Part shown: in pieces, positions 34,605-44,892 of the stretch
Numbering within the stretch: the stretch's first letter is position 1
Layout of the letters: every line of letters starts with the position of its first letter
NCBI RefSeq assembly: GCF_000142905.1
Contig: NW_013657638.1
Coordinates: forward strand, 1-64,000
Source of the DNA: Thecamonas trahens ATCC 50062
Lineage: Eukaryota > Protista > Apusomonadida
Length of the DNA stretch: 64,000 nt
Direction: 5' to 3'
The notes under the pieces: model-generated
What the model saw: only the letters and a program-made list of their open reading frames with translations
Databases searched by the model: none
What the model was told of the DNA's origin: nothing
Made by a program: the position numbers and the translations under genes

Positions 34605-36480
34605 ATGAGACGAGCGACTTTGTTGATGATGAGCTTGCTCATGATGGCTCTTGTGGGCGAATTCGCTCTGGGCGACTCTGTCATTGGTGCCGACGTGACA
34701 GCTCGTGCAGCATGGCTTGCAAGTACGTTCTCTCACCTCTGATGGCGCCATGTGGCGTGGAGGGAGGGCCGTTGCCGTGTGGGGATGTGGAGCTCAGCTG
34801 CGCCGCTGTAGCCATTGGCCGGCAAATGAGCAAATTGCTGCGGAGGCGACGGAAAAGGCGGGGCTGAGCAGGGGCGGGAGGGGCATGGCAGCCATGCGGG
34901 TAGAGGGCGATAGGGAGAGGGTATGGAGGCAGGAGTTGGACTGAGAGGCAGAGCTCGGAGCTAGTGTACTCATTGTTTGGTCTGGGGTTGTGTGGGATAT
35001 GCGTTGGCGACGGTGTTGCGGTTGCAGAACACAACACCCGGCGGGCGGCGTACGACCTGCCGCCGTTGGCCTGGTCGACAGCGCTGGCGGATGCGGCGCA
35101 GGAGCACGTCAATAGCTGCCCAGGGACAACGGGCTCTGGTTCCGGCAACGGCGAGAATGTGTGCGTGGCGGCAAGCCGACTCGGTGAGGCATGCGTCGAC
35201 CGGTGGGCAGCCGAGGCGGCGGATTGGGACTGCGCGAGCGACTCGTGCGGAGCGGGGAAGACCTGTGATGCGTACCGTCAGATCATGTGGGCTGAAGCGA
35301 CTCAAGTCGGATGCGCCGAGGTCAGCGGATGTACGGCAGGCGGCTTTGACACCGTGGCGGTGTGCTTGTATGCACCCGGGGTGGCATCTGCGGCGAACCG
35401 GCCGTTTGAGGCGAGCAAGTGTGACACCTCGCCGCCGCCGTGCGCGTCTCCGTGCTCGCCGCCGAACACCTGCTCGGGCGTGGGGAGTTGCTGCGACAAC
35501 CAGTGCACCTGCGATCTGGGGTTCCAGCCGTCGGACGCTGCGCGTGGCGACTGTGTTAGCTCAACAACGGTGGTTGTCCGTGGCGGCATCGAGGCCGGAG
35601 TGCCCAAGTCAATCCAATCGTCGGTCTTTGGCAAGCACTTTACATACATCCAGCTGCGGCCGTTTTCTAGCCCATCGACGCGTGCGCTAGTGCGGCGACT
35701 GGCGCAGACCAGCTCGACCGCGGTACAGCCGCTAGCGATCACGGTGACGGCGTCGTCGGGTGCGAATCAGGTCCTCGCCCCGTTCTACTTACTTGCCGGG
35801 ACCGGGCAGCCGTCGGCGACCAACAACATTGCAGGCTCTGTCATCAGCCGCGACGGCAAGACGAGTGAGCTGGCGTACCGAACAGCAACGGCGGATGAGT
35901 CCGAGACCATCACGCTCGCGGTGACTGCCGACGTCGACGCATCGTTCACGGTTACTGCTCGCCTCGGCGCGCTGCCGGGCTCTGAGCCCGCGCCTGCGCC
36001 CGCCGACGACATCACTTCCAAACGGTGGTTCCTCGGCGCGGTTGCGCTCGGTGCACTTGTATGCATCTGCTGCGTCCTCATCACGGTCGTCTGCTGCATC
36101 AAGAAGAGCAAGTCAGCCCCGTCGTACTTTCACGAGGGTGACACGTTCATCGACACGTCGGACTTGCATACGATGGCTGGCGCGGGCGCGGCGCCCAAGG
36201 CGAACATTGGCGCCGCGTCGGACATCTCTATGCCGTCCATGCTCGCGACCGCCCCCCTACCCGCGACGCGCCGGCCAAGCCCGCCCCCTCCGGCCCGGCG
36301 CCTGCAGCTGCCTGCCTGCGGTCGACCACTGCGCTCTACGACTACGCTCCGGCCAACACCGACGAAGTGAGGCTTGTCACGGGCGCCACCGTTGAGATCA
36401 TCGAAGAGTTTGACGACGGCTGGGCCCGCGGCCGATGCAACGGTTCTGAGGGTATGTTCCCCATCACCTACGTCTCGTGA
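34605..36480 (+). CDS. Type I membrane protein: signal peptide, CAP(SCP/PR-1), Cys-rich/EGF-like, TM, Pro-rich, SH3; exons 34605..34722 and 35028..36480, frameshift at about 36284-36288
   Basis: HNTRRAAYDLPPLAWS, GENV, YRQIMWAEATQVGCA, VCLYAPG; TM WFLGAVALGALVCICCVLITVVCCI. The -1 frame encodes ALYDYAPANTDEVRLVTGATVEIIEEFDDGWARGRCNGSEGMFPITYVS* (not in the ORF track). Confidence 0.85.
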
Positions 36481-36775
36481 CCGAGCCGTCTCCACGTCTC
36501 TGTGCCTGTGTCTTTGCCTGTGCCTGTGCCCTAGCCCCAGCCCTCGCCCCAGTCCTCGCCCCAGCCCTCGCCCCAGCCCTCGCCCCAGCTTCAATACCAA
36601 TGCCAGTGGATCGCGCACAGAAGATTGTCCGTAATCAGAATGAATCCTCGCCCGCCAATCTCGCGTCATCTGCGCTTTCTGCGAGCCGGCGCCGACCTCC
36701 CCCCCCCCCCTCCCCCACCCCACCCCACCCCACCCCACCCCGACCACTTGACCCTTTCACCCCACCACCACCACC

Positions 36776-37487
36776 ATGCCCATCAAGCGCATCACCGACC
36801 CAACCGACTTTGACGCGTACGTCTCCTTCCCACCTGCCGGTGTGCTTGTGTGTGCTTGTGGTGCTTGGTGGCCACTCACGGATGTGTGCGGTGGCGGTGG
36901 CTGTGGTGGTGGTGGTGGGCGCTGGACTCTGGGCGACCTGTGTGACATGCGTGGCGGACGGGCTGATGGCGGACGGGCTGATGGCGGACGGGCTGATGGC
37001 GGACGGGCTGATGGCGGACGGGCTGATGGCGGACGGACTGATGGCGGACGGGCTGATGGCGGACGGGCTGATGGCGGACGGGCTGATGGCGGACGGGCTG
37101 ATGGCGGACGGGCTGACGGATGTGTGCAGGACGCTCGCGGCCCACTTTGAGGGGGAGTCCACCGGCCCGACATACGTGGTGTTCATCGGGTCGGATGACC
37201 CCGGAACTGGCGAGTCGTGGTGCTCCGACTGCGTCATTGCCGACCCGCTCATCCGCCAGGGCGTTCGTGCCGTCCCCGGTGCCGTTCTCATCGAGTGCCC
37301 TGTCGGCGACCGCGCGGTGTACAAGAACAACCCGGACCACCCTTACCGCGTCCACCCGCAGATCGCGCTCACTGCCATTCCCACCCTCATCGCCTGGACC
37401 GCCGATGGCCCCGGTGCCCGGCTCGTCGAGGAAGAGTGCGCGAGCGAGGAGGCCATCGCAGAGCTCGTTGCCTCGATCACGGCCTAA
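36776..37487 (+). CDS. TXNDC17: Thioredoxin domain-containing protein 17 (TRP14/DUF953); exons 36776..36816 and 37130..37487
   Basis: GESWCSDCVIADP, VGDRAVYK...HPYR, LTAIPTLI, RLVEEEC; phase-2 intron GTACGT...GCTGAC...CAG. Confidence 0.9.
36953..37117. repeat. Intronic minisatellite, 11 x 15 bp (ggcggacgggctgat)
   Basis: Counted directly; unit 6 has g>a and the last unit ends gctgac. Confidence 0.97.
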
Positions 37488-37640
37488 ACCCCCGTTCTTG
37501 CCGTGCCCAAAGGCCGATGCATGTCGTGGCCAAGACGTGCCGACCTTGGCCGTGCGCCAGGATGGGACGAGCTCGCTATCTCGATCACGGCGTAAACCTC
37601 CCGCAAGCCGTGGCCAACACCAAAACTCTTTACTTGCCCC

Positions 37641-38054
37641 TCACAGACCGGCCATCTGGCGCTCCAGCTCTGCAACGCGCTTGGCAAGCTCGTCCTTCTC
37701 CGCGGCGAGCTTCGAGTTGGCCTTGAGCAGCTGCTGGTTGTACATCTTGAGCACCTCCTTCTTCGCATGGCTCCCATCACACATCATGGTCGTCTCAAGC
37801 TTGCCGGTCCTCTTGCAGGCACACACGTAGTACGTCTTGCTCTCTTCGGGCGTAAACTCCAGCGGGGTGATGTGCTCGGCCTCGGGAAGCGACTCGTTGA
37901 TCTTGTTGTGCGAGCCGTCGCAGAAAATGCCATCCGCCGAGTGCCCGCAACGGCACAGCCACACCGACTTGCCGGCCTCCAGCTCCACCGCAAACGGCGC
38001 CGCACCGGCCACACGCGCATGCGGGTTGGTATCCACGAATCCTCCAGCAGACAT
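37641..38054 (-). CDS. Two-CDGSH [2Fe-2S] protein (CISD3/MiNT-like) with a C-terminal leucine zipper
   Basis: WLCRCGHS...FCDGSH and YVCACKRT...MCDGSH. Confidence 0.92.
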   Translation of the reverse strand: MSAGGFVDTNPHARVAGAAPFAVELEAGKSVWLCRCGHSADGIFCDGSHNKINESLPEAEHITPLEFTPEESKTYYVCACKRTGKLETTMMCDGSHAKKEVLKMYNQQLLKANSKLAAEKDELAKRVAELERQMAGL

Positions 38055-38193
38055 GCTAGCCACGGTCAGTCTCTTGTTCGCTCGTCACTCTGAGTTGTGT
38101 CAGGTGTGTCTCCCAGACCTCCCGTCCAGAACAAATCCCGCCTGTTGGCCTACGGCTGTGTTCCTTGCGCGCGCGCATCCCCACCCATCACGT

Positions 38194-39938
38194 TCATTGC
38201 ATCGGCGGGCGGGCAGCCCTTGCGGCGTCCAGCCAGCCCGAGGTGGCGGCAAAGGTGTAGAGGGCGCGGGCTTGTGAGTGCTGGAGGCCGTCGAGGACGC
38301 GGATGGACTCGCTTTGGCTGAGCCCGCCGCGGACGGCGGCCTCTTCCATGAGGCGCATCTTGGCATGGAGGAAGAGGACGGGCTCGAGGCGAATGGCGGC
38401 GGCGAGGTCGCGCTCGGCGAGCGAGAGCTTGTACACATTAGGGTAGTGGTAGACGTTGAGCGGCGGCTCCGAGCCGAGCTCGACGTCCATGGCGACCGGC
38501 CCACTGGCGTCGGCGAGGATGTGCGGCGGCGGAGCGGGCGCGGCACCGGCCGAGGCTGCCAGCGCGGCTGATGCCGAGAGAACCGGAGTAAAGGCAAAGG
38601 CGGCGACGCCCGGGCCCTTGGCCGAGGTAGGCGGCCGGCGGGCGGCCGACTGGCGGCTCTGCGAGTCGCGGCGCGACTTCATCTCGAGGTAGGACGCGCC
38701 TTCCGAGAGCGAGGTGATGCCGGCCTCGCGGAAGAGCTGCAGCTCGCGGATGCGGTCCTTGATGGCCTTTTCCTTGAGGAGCGCCTGATAGAGCTGGTCG
38801 TATTCGGCCTGCGTCATATACCGCCGGAATACACAGAGCTTGTCGTACACCTCCTTCTCACCGCTCTTCTGCCGCTGGCGCTCCGCCTTTTGCACCTGCT
38901 TAAAGTCGGTGAGCTCGTGCTCAAAGACAAACTGCTTGCGCGCCGCTCGCTCCTCGAGCTTGGAGTTGTAGATCTGGAGCATGGCAAGGTAGAGCTCCTT
39001 CTCGAGCTTGGGCGTCTCATCGTTGATGACAATGGCCTGCAGCAGCTGCTCGGCGTCGTTGTCCCACTCGGTCTCAAAGTCGCCGCGGAGCTTGTAGTAG
39101 CCGGCGAGCTCGGCCGGCGTCGCCACCGTCGAGCTCTTCTGCCCACGCGGCCGCTTGGTCGACTCGGTCTTGGACTTGCGCTTGGAGCTGCTGCCCGCGT
39201 CGTCGACGCCGTCGTCGCCACCCGCGTCGTCCTCGCCGTCGCTCGCTGACTCGCCGCCTCCGGCCTCGGCCAGCGACGAGCTCGGCCCGAGCCGTGACTC
39301 GAGGTGCGGCGCCGCGCCGTCGGCCTTGGACTCGAGAAAGAGCTGCAGCGAGGTGCCGGCCGGCGCCACGTTCCCGACCTTGGGCACCATGCCCGGCTGC
39401 TTGAGGTACATCTCCTCAAAGTGGGCTTGGACCTCGATGTGGTCCTTGGTCCCGATGTGGTCGGCGGCGTGGTACCAGTTGCCGTAGCCAAAGGTCTCGA
39501 TGGCCTCTAGCAGAAGCATCTCCTCCCACGCAGTCCAGCCCTCCTCCACCAGCTCAAAGTTGAGCTTGTCCACCACATGATACGAGTGCGTCGCCTTGTG
39601 CTCGGCCATCTGCGAGTTGATCTCCACCCGGACCGAAAAGCATTCGAGGCAGAGGTCAAAGTCCTTGCACTCGCAGCAGAGAATCCGCACGTTGCGCGTG
39701 ATGTCTCGCTTGCAGCTGTCACAGGTAAACGTCGGCGCCACCACCGTTGACTTGGGCTTCTTCTTGGCCTTGGCCTTCTTCTTCTTCTTGCCCGCATCGC
39801 TACTTCCCTGCGCCTTGGAGTTCCCACCCTTCTTGTTCCCGCTCTTCTTGGCCCGCCCTTGTCCGTCCTCTTGGCCTTGCTCTTTGTCCCGCTATCGCCA
39901 CCTCCTCCGCTCCCTCCGCCCTTCTCTTCGATCTCCAT
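38194..39938 (-). CDS. ADA2: Transcriptional adaptor ADA2 (ZZ, SANT, SWIRM); N-terminus frameshifted at about 39852-39854, start uncertain (possibly as far as 40075)
   Basis: CDSC...CCECKDFDLCLECF (ZZ), WTAWEEMLLLEAIETFGYGNW (SANT), GYYKLRGDFETEWDNDAE, LSLAERDL...LYTFAATSGWL (SWIRM). Confidence 0.95.
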
Positions 39939-40085
39939 GTCCACCACCCCCCTCCCGCTCCCGTCCTTGATCCGGCTCCTCCCCCCACCGCCATGCCCGA
40001 GTCCTCTGCCTTCTTGCTCGGCTTCCTGCTCCGTGAGCTACGAGAGACCGATCTCCTACCGCCCTCCATACGCATGGGAATGTAC

Positions 40086-40204
40086 GTGTGAGTGTATGTA
40101 TGTATGTGTGTATGTGTATGTATGTATGTGTGTATGTGTATGTATGTATGTGTGTATGTGTATGTGTGTATGTGTATGTGTGTATGTGTGTGTGTGTGTG
40201 TGTG
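40086..40204. repeat. (TG)n/(TATG)n microsatellite upstream of ADA2
   Basis: Seen directly. Confidence 0.95.
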
Positions 40205-40527
40205 GTAGGGTCCCCCCCTCTCCCCCCCTACCCCCACCCCACCACCCACCACCACCCACCACCCACCACCACCCACCACTACCCACCACCACCCACCACC
40301 TACCGCGGCATGTTACCCCAAACCTCACCACCAACACAGAGAGGAAGTGCAGTGTGGGTATGACTGCAGAGTGCGAGCGCCTCTTGTCCCCACAGCCCCC
40401 TCGTCCGTCTCCTCCTTCACGCCAAGCCACCGTGTCGCCTTGCTACCACCACTACCCCCACCACCACCACCACTCTCCCCCCCCCCTCCCCCCCCCCCCC
40501 CCTCCCCTCCTCCCCTCCGTCTACACT

Positions 40528-42848
40528 ATGTCTGCCTCTGCTCCACCAAAAGGAACGGCTTGTGGGCGCAGCCGGACAGAGGCACATCCGTGTCCAGCTC
40601 TCACGCATGGGGCCCAAGGATATGATTCAAGAGCTGCAAGCAGAGCATGGCATTGACGTTCCTCTTGCTGCTCCCGTCCTTCATCTGACGGATACCCTTG
40701 CTGTGCCAAGGGCTATGGTCCTGGCGCCACTGGCTGACAAACTGGCAGAGACGCTGCTGGCTCGAGTCAATGCTGCGCCCATCGAGAATCTGCGTGGTCT
40801 CCTCGCAGAGTCCTTCCGCTACACCGCCCATCCTGTCCTTGGCGCAGTTCCTGTGGCCATCATGGCTCGTCTGCCTTCGCTTCCACAGTCGTTCATCAAG
40901 CTTCTTGCTGCCTCGCCGCCGCTGCTCGCCGCCTCGCCGCTCCACGTTCGCCAGCAGACATGGGCCGCCTACCCCTCGCTCTTCCGCGATCATCTCTCGG
41001 CTCTGCTGGCGCCGTACCTGGCTCCGTTTGAGGCCATGACTGCTGCTGCGCCACAGCCTGCACCAGCTAACAAGGTCTGCGGCATCCGCCTCCGCCTCCC
41101 GGCCGGGACCAGCCTCTCGCCGTGGACAAGCCCGCGCGCCGAGACCGTCGCCCGGCTCGGCCCGCTCGCCGACACCTCGCGCCGGCACGAGGTTGGTCCA
41201 GCGGCGGCCGGCACCGCCATCCCGTCGTGTGCAGTGCTCGGAGAGCTTGCATGGACACTAGGCAGCATCCTCCCGCTCTACAACGTGGTGCTTGAGGAGG
41301 CGCGATCGCGGTTTGTGGGCGCGGCGTCGCTCGGCGTGCTTGCGGCGTACGCCTCGCTCCGCGCCGACGTGCTCGTGGCGCTGACGGCGTCGGGCAATCC
41401 GACGATTGTGCGGGCCGATCCGCTCTCGCCGTTTGTCGACCTTTTCCACGGCCGCTTTGCCCACGCAGCGAGCTTCGACGAGCTCGTCGGCGACGCTCCG
41501 CTCCTCGCCAGCCTGCTCGAGCTCTACGCCCGCATTCCCGAGGCCTCGCCGCTGCTTGGCGACCTTGGCATGGTGCTTGCGCAGCCTGCGGTGTACGAGT
41601 GGCTTGTCCACGCTGCACTCCGCAAGGTCCATGCCGTCATGGAGGCACAGGCACTCCCGCGCGACTCGACCGAGCTGACGGCGCTGACGCAGCTGGCCAT
41701 GCTCGCGGTGCAGGCCCGGGTCATGATGCTCCGCCGGCAGTTTACCTTTGACGCCTCGCTGGACCTCGCCTCGCCGGACGACCACCTTCGTGGCTTCTTC
41801 CCCGCACTCATCAGCCTCCTCCTCGACTTTAGCATGGAGAGCGTGCCGCCGTCGCTCGACGACATCGACCCGATGCTCCTCGGCTTTGCAGCCCGTTCGC
41901 CGTTTGCGCTCCATCTCCTCATTGCGCTCCTCGGTGAAGGCCTCGCCTCGGGCACACTCTCCGGGTCGAGCGCCATCTTTCTTGCCGGCGTCATTGGCTA
42001 CGGCATCGACGCCGCGGTCGCCATCCGGGCCCGGGCCCAGGCGGCGCTCGCCAAGGTGCGGGCCGATCCTGCGACGCGGCACGCGCCCGCCGACGACGGC
42101 GAGAACGAGTTTGACGACATGGACGAGGACGAGCTGAGTCTCGCGCTCTGCGAGCAGGTCGATCCGGACTCGCTCGCTCCGTGCATTCTGCGGCTGGCGG
42201 CGCGGGTCGGCGAGGTGGCCGGCTCGGGCTCGGGCGACGCCCGCGACAATTGAAGNNNNNNNNNNNNNNNNNNNNNNNNNNNNNNNNNNNNNNNNNNNNN
42301 NNNNNNNNNNNNNNNNNNNNNNNNNNNNNNNNNNNNNNNNNNNNNNNNNNNNNNNNNNNNNNNNNNNNNNNNNNNNNNNNNNNNNNNNNNNNNNNNNNNN
42401 NNNNNNNNNNNNNNNNNNNNNNNNNNNNNNNNNNNNNNNNNNNNNNNNNNNNNNNNNNNNNNNNNNNNNNNNNNNNNNNNNNNNNNNNNNNNNNNNNNNN
42501 NNNNNGGCTCGGGCTCGGGCGACGCCCGCGACGCCGCCCCGCGACCTCGTGCCGGCCTTTTTCGACGCTGCACTCTTGCCGCTGGCAACGGCCTCGCCGG
42601 CCGCACACTCGCTCGTCCTCGACTTTGCAGTCCACCTTGTGCCGCGGGTCGAGGTCGCTGCCCGCTCCGCACTCCGCGGGTACGCGGTGCGGATCCTGAA
42701 GGCGCTCGCCGACGCCAACGTGACTGAGCTCTCGGACCACGCCAAGGCCGTGTACAGCGGCATTCTCGACGCACTCTCGCTCGCGGCGCCGGCCGACGCG
42801 ACGACGGTCGGCGGCCTGCTCGCGGCGCTGCAGCCGCGGCTGGCGTAG
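40528..42848 (+). CDS. NELFB: Negative elongation factor B (NELF-B/COBRA1); spans a spurious gap; +1 frameshifts at 40548-40551 and 42537-42540
   Basis: IQELQAEHGI, LLAESF, VRQQTW...LFRDHLSALLAPY, LYNVVL, YASLRADVLVAL, LGDLGMVLAQP, LPRDS and post-gap FFDAALL...VHLVPRV parallel, in order, the animal NELF-B motifs IEQFQTENG, LLEKSF, VKRQIW, LYDMVL, YCTLRAELLMSL, LGDLSMILCDP, LPRDS, HLHPRV (recalled from memory). Confidence 0.9.
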
Positions 42849-42852
42849 GCGA

Positions 42853-44382
42853 TCAGCCCTTCCACGAGAACAAAAAGTTGAGGACGCGGTAGACGAAAGC
42901 CTGCGCAAAGGCCATGGTCCGCGAGCGGGCCGAGGTGTCGGCGCGGGTGATCTCGACAGCGCTCGACATGTCGGCGAGAGTCTGCGACTCGAGCGCCGAG
43001 GCCATTCGAGGATCGAGGAACGAGACCACCACCTCGAGGTTGCGGTGCGAGGAGAGGAGGTCGAGGTTGAACGAGCCGACCGAGGCGTACATCGAGTCAA
43101 TGGTCATGGTCTTGGCGTGGAGTGCCTTGTCGCCGAGCTCGTAGATGCGGATGCCGTTGCGGAGGAAGATGTCGTAGACGTGGATGGCGGCCATGCGGTA
43201 GAGTGGGACGTCGGTCTTACCTGCGGTGAGGATGCGGACGTCAACGCCACGGCGGGCGGCACGGATGAGCTGCTTGGTCAGCCACCGCGGCGGGATAAAG
43301 TACGGCGTCGTCATGTAGCATCGCGACTTGGCCTTGAGCAGCGAGAGCGCCATCGCCCGCTGGATGGCGTACTTGCCGCGGCGCGCGTTCGAGTACAAGA
43401 CCTGGACAACGACGTCACCGGGCGCCGGCGTCTCTTGCGGCGCGTTGGTGATATGTACCGGATTCTCCGCCAGTGTCAGCGAGTACATTGCCAGCCGGTT
43501 GTACATGTTGCGCAGCGCCGGGACGTGCTTGGCAAACCGCGCCAGCCGCGCCTTGGTCTGCGCCGAGACGGACGAGTCAACGTTGACTGTCGAGACGTGG
43601 GCCTCGCCGTAGCCATGCGACGGTGGGAGGGCCAGCGCGCCACCACCAGTACCTGGGGCCACCAGCGGGCGGGTCTTCTTGCGTCCGGCATCGGCCGCAG
43701 CATCGGAATCTGCGCGCTGCGCCTCGTCGCTGGCCGGCGTCAGCCGCCCGCGCGACGTCGCTGCATACAGCTCGGCCTCGGAGAGCGAGTCCTTGAAGAC
43801 AGTGGCGAGGTGGTCGACGGCCGGCCCGCGGAGCTGGACGTGGACATCGCGGAAGAAGGCATTGCCACCGACCGAAGGCCCGGCGTACTCTGCGGCGACG
43901 TTCATGCCGCCGGCAAAGGCCACGTCCGAGTCAACAATGAGCAGCTTGCGGTGGTTGCGGATGAGCGGGTCGCGGAGCGTGGCCTGCCACATCCACGGCC
44001 ACTGCCACGACCACACCGGGTTGAAGGGGACTACTCTCACGCCAGCATCAATCAGATGCTGGACATGGCTCTGGGAGAGCCTCAGCGAGCCGATGGCGTC
44101 GTACATAAGGATGACATCGTCGACGCCCGAGGCCTTTGCCTCTGCCAGAGCACTCAGTGTCTCCGATCCGATGGCATCCGGTTCCAGCGTGTACGTCCCG
44201 AGCCAGAGTCGTCTTCTCGCTCCGCGCATGGCCCGCCACATGGCCTCAAAGGTGGCCGATCCCGACGAGTAGAGCGTCACCGAGTTGCCGGCCGAGATGG
44301 CGCCCAGAGGCGCAAGGTCTGAGAACAGCTCCTGGTACTGCTTGCGGAACCTGGCAAGCACATGCCGCGCCCGTCCTGCCAT
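42853..44382 (-). CDS. Phospholipase-D-type (bacterial ClsB-like) cardiolipin synthase; may extend to ATG 44585 via a frameshift at 44403-44406
   Basis: GNSVTLY, YDAIGS, RNHRKLLIVD..AFAGGMN (HKD1), RDVHVQLRGPAV, TPYFIP, AARRGVDVRIL, LHAKTMTID..SVGSFNLD.LS..NLE (HKD2). Confidence 0.92.
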   Translation of the reverse strand: MAGRARHVLARFRKQYQELFSDLAPLGAISAGNSVTLYSSGSATFEAMWRAMRGARRRLWLGTYTLEPDAIGSETLSALAEAKASGVDDVILMYDAIGSLRLSQSHVQHLIDAGVRVVPFNPVWSWQWPWMWQATLRDPLIRNHRKLLIVDSDVAFAGGMNVAAEYAGPSVGGNAFFRDVHVQLRGPAVDHLATVFKDSLSEAELYAATSRGRLTPASDEAQRADSDAAADAGRKKTRPLVAPGTGGGALALPPSHGYGEAHVSTVNVDSSVSAQTKARLARFAKHVPALRNMYNRLAMYSLTLAENPVHITNAPQETPAPGDVVVQVLYSNARRGKYAIQRAMALSLLKAKSRCYMTTPYFIPPRWLTKQLIRAARRGVDVRILTAGKTDVPLYRMAAIHVYDIFLRNGIRIYELGDKALHAKTMTIDSMYASVGSFNLDLLSSHRNLEVVVSFLDPRMASALESQTLADMSSAVEITRADTSARSRTMAFAQAFVYRVLNFLFSWKG

Positions 44383-44529
44383 CCGCAGTCTCACCGCGAA
44401 GAGGGGTGTGTCCGTCTATTGGCCGTCTGTCGTGGTGGTGGTGGCGGTGGTGGTGGCGGTGGTGGTGGCGGTGGTGGTCTGGGGGCACTCGACGGACGCT
44501 CAAGTTGTGCGCGACATGGTCTGCCGCCG

Positions 44530-44714
44530 TCACTAACCGCATACCTTCTACGATGAATGACCGATGGCCCCACCACACACCACATCACCACCGCCACCCC
44601 GATCCGATCTCTTGCGCCACCCGACGGGCGCGACATGGACCGAGTCTGGCGCCATCACTAACCGCATACCTTCTACGATGAATGACCGATGGCCCCACCA
44701 CACACCACATCACC
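44530..44714. repeat. Pair of exact ~60-bp direct repeats (44530-44589 and 44656-44714)
   Basis: tcactaaccgcataccttctacgatgaatgaccgatggccccaccacacaccacatcacc occurs twice. Confidence 0.95.
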
Positions 44715-44892
44715 CCCCTCCCCCCCCCCCCCCCCCCCCCCGCCCTCCCATCATCGAACCCGCTTTCGATGCCCGACACAACTGCTGCGGCTGCTGTGGC
44801 GACTCAGGCGACTCCGGCCAGCCACAGCCGTCGACAGCCACCACCACCACCGCCACCTCACTCGACTGACGGGCATGGGGCAAGGGAATGTC

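Noticed and set aside
36953-37117. Regular repeat array as CRISPR, or as a coding (MADGL)n repeat
   Set aside because: No spacers and no cas genes; it lies inside a GT-AG intron whose removal gives a normal TXNDC17.
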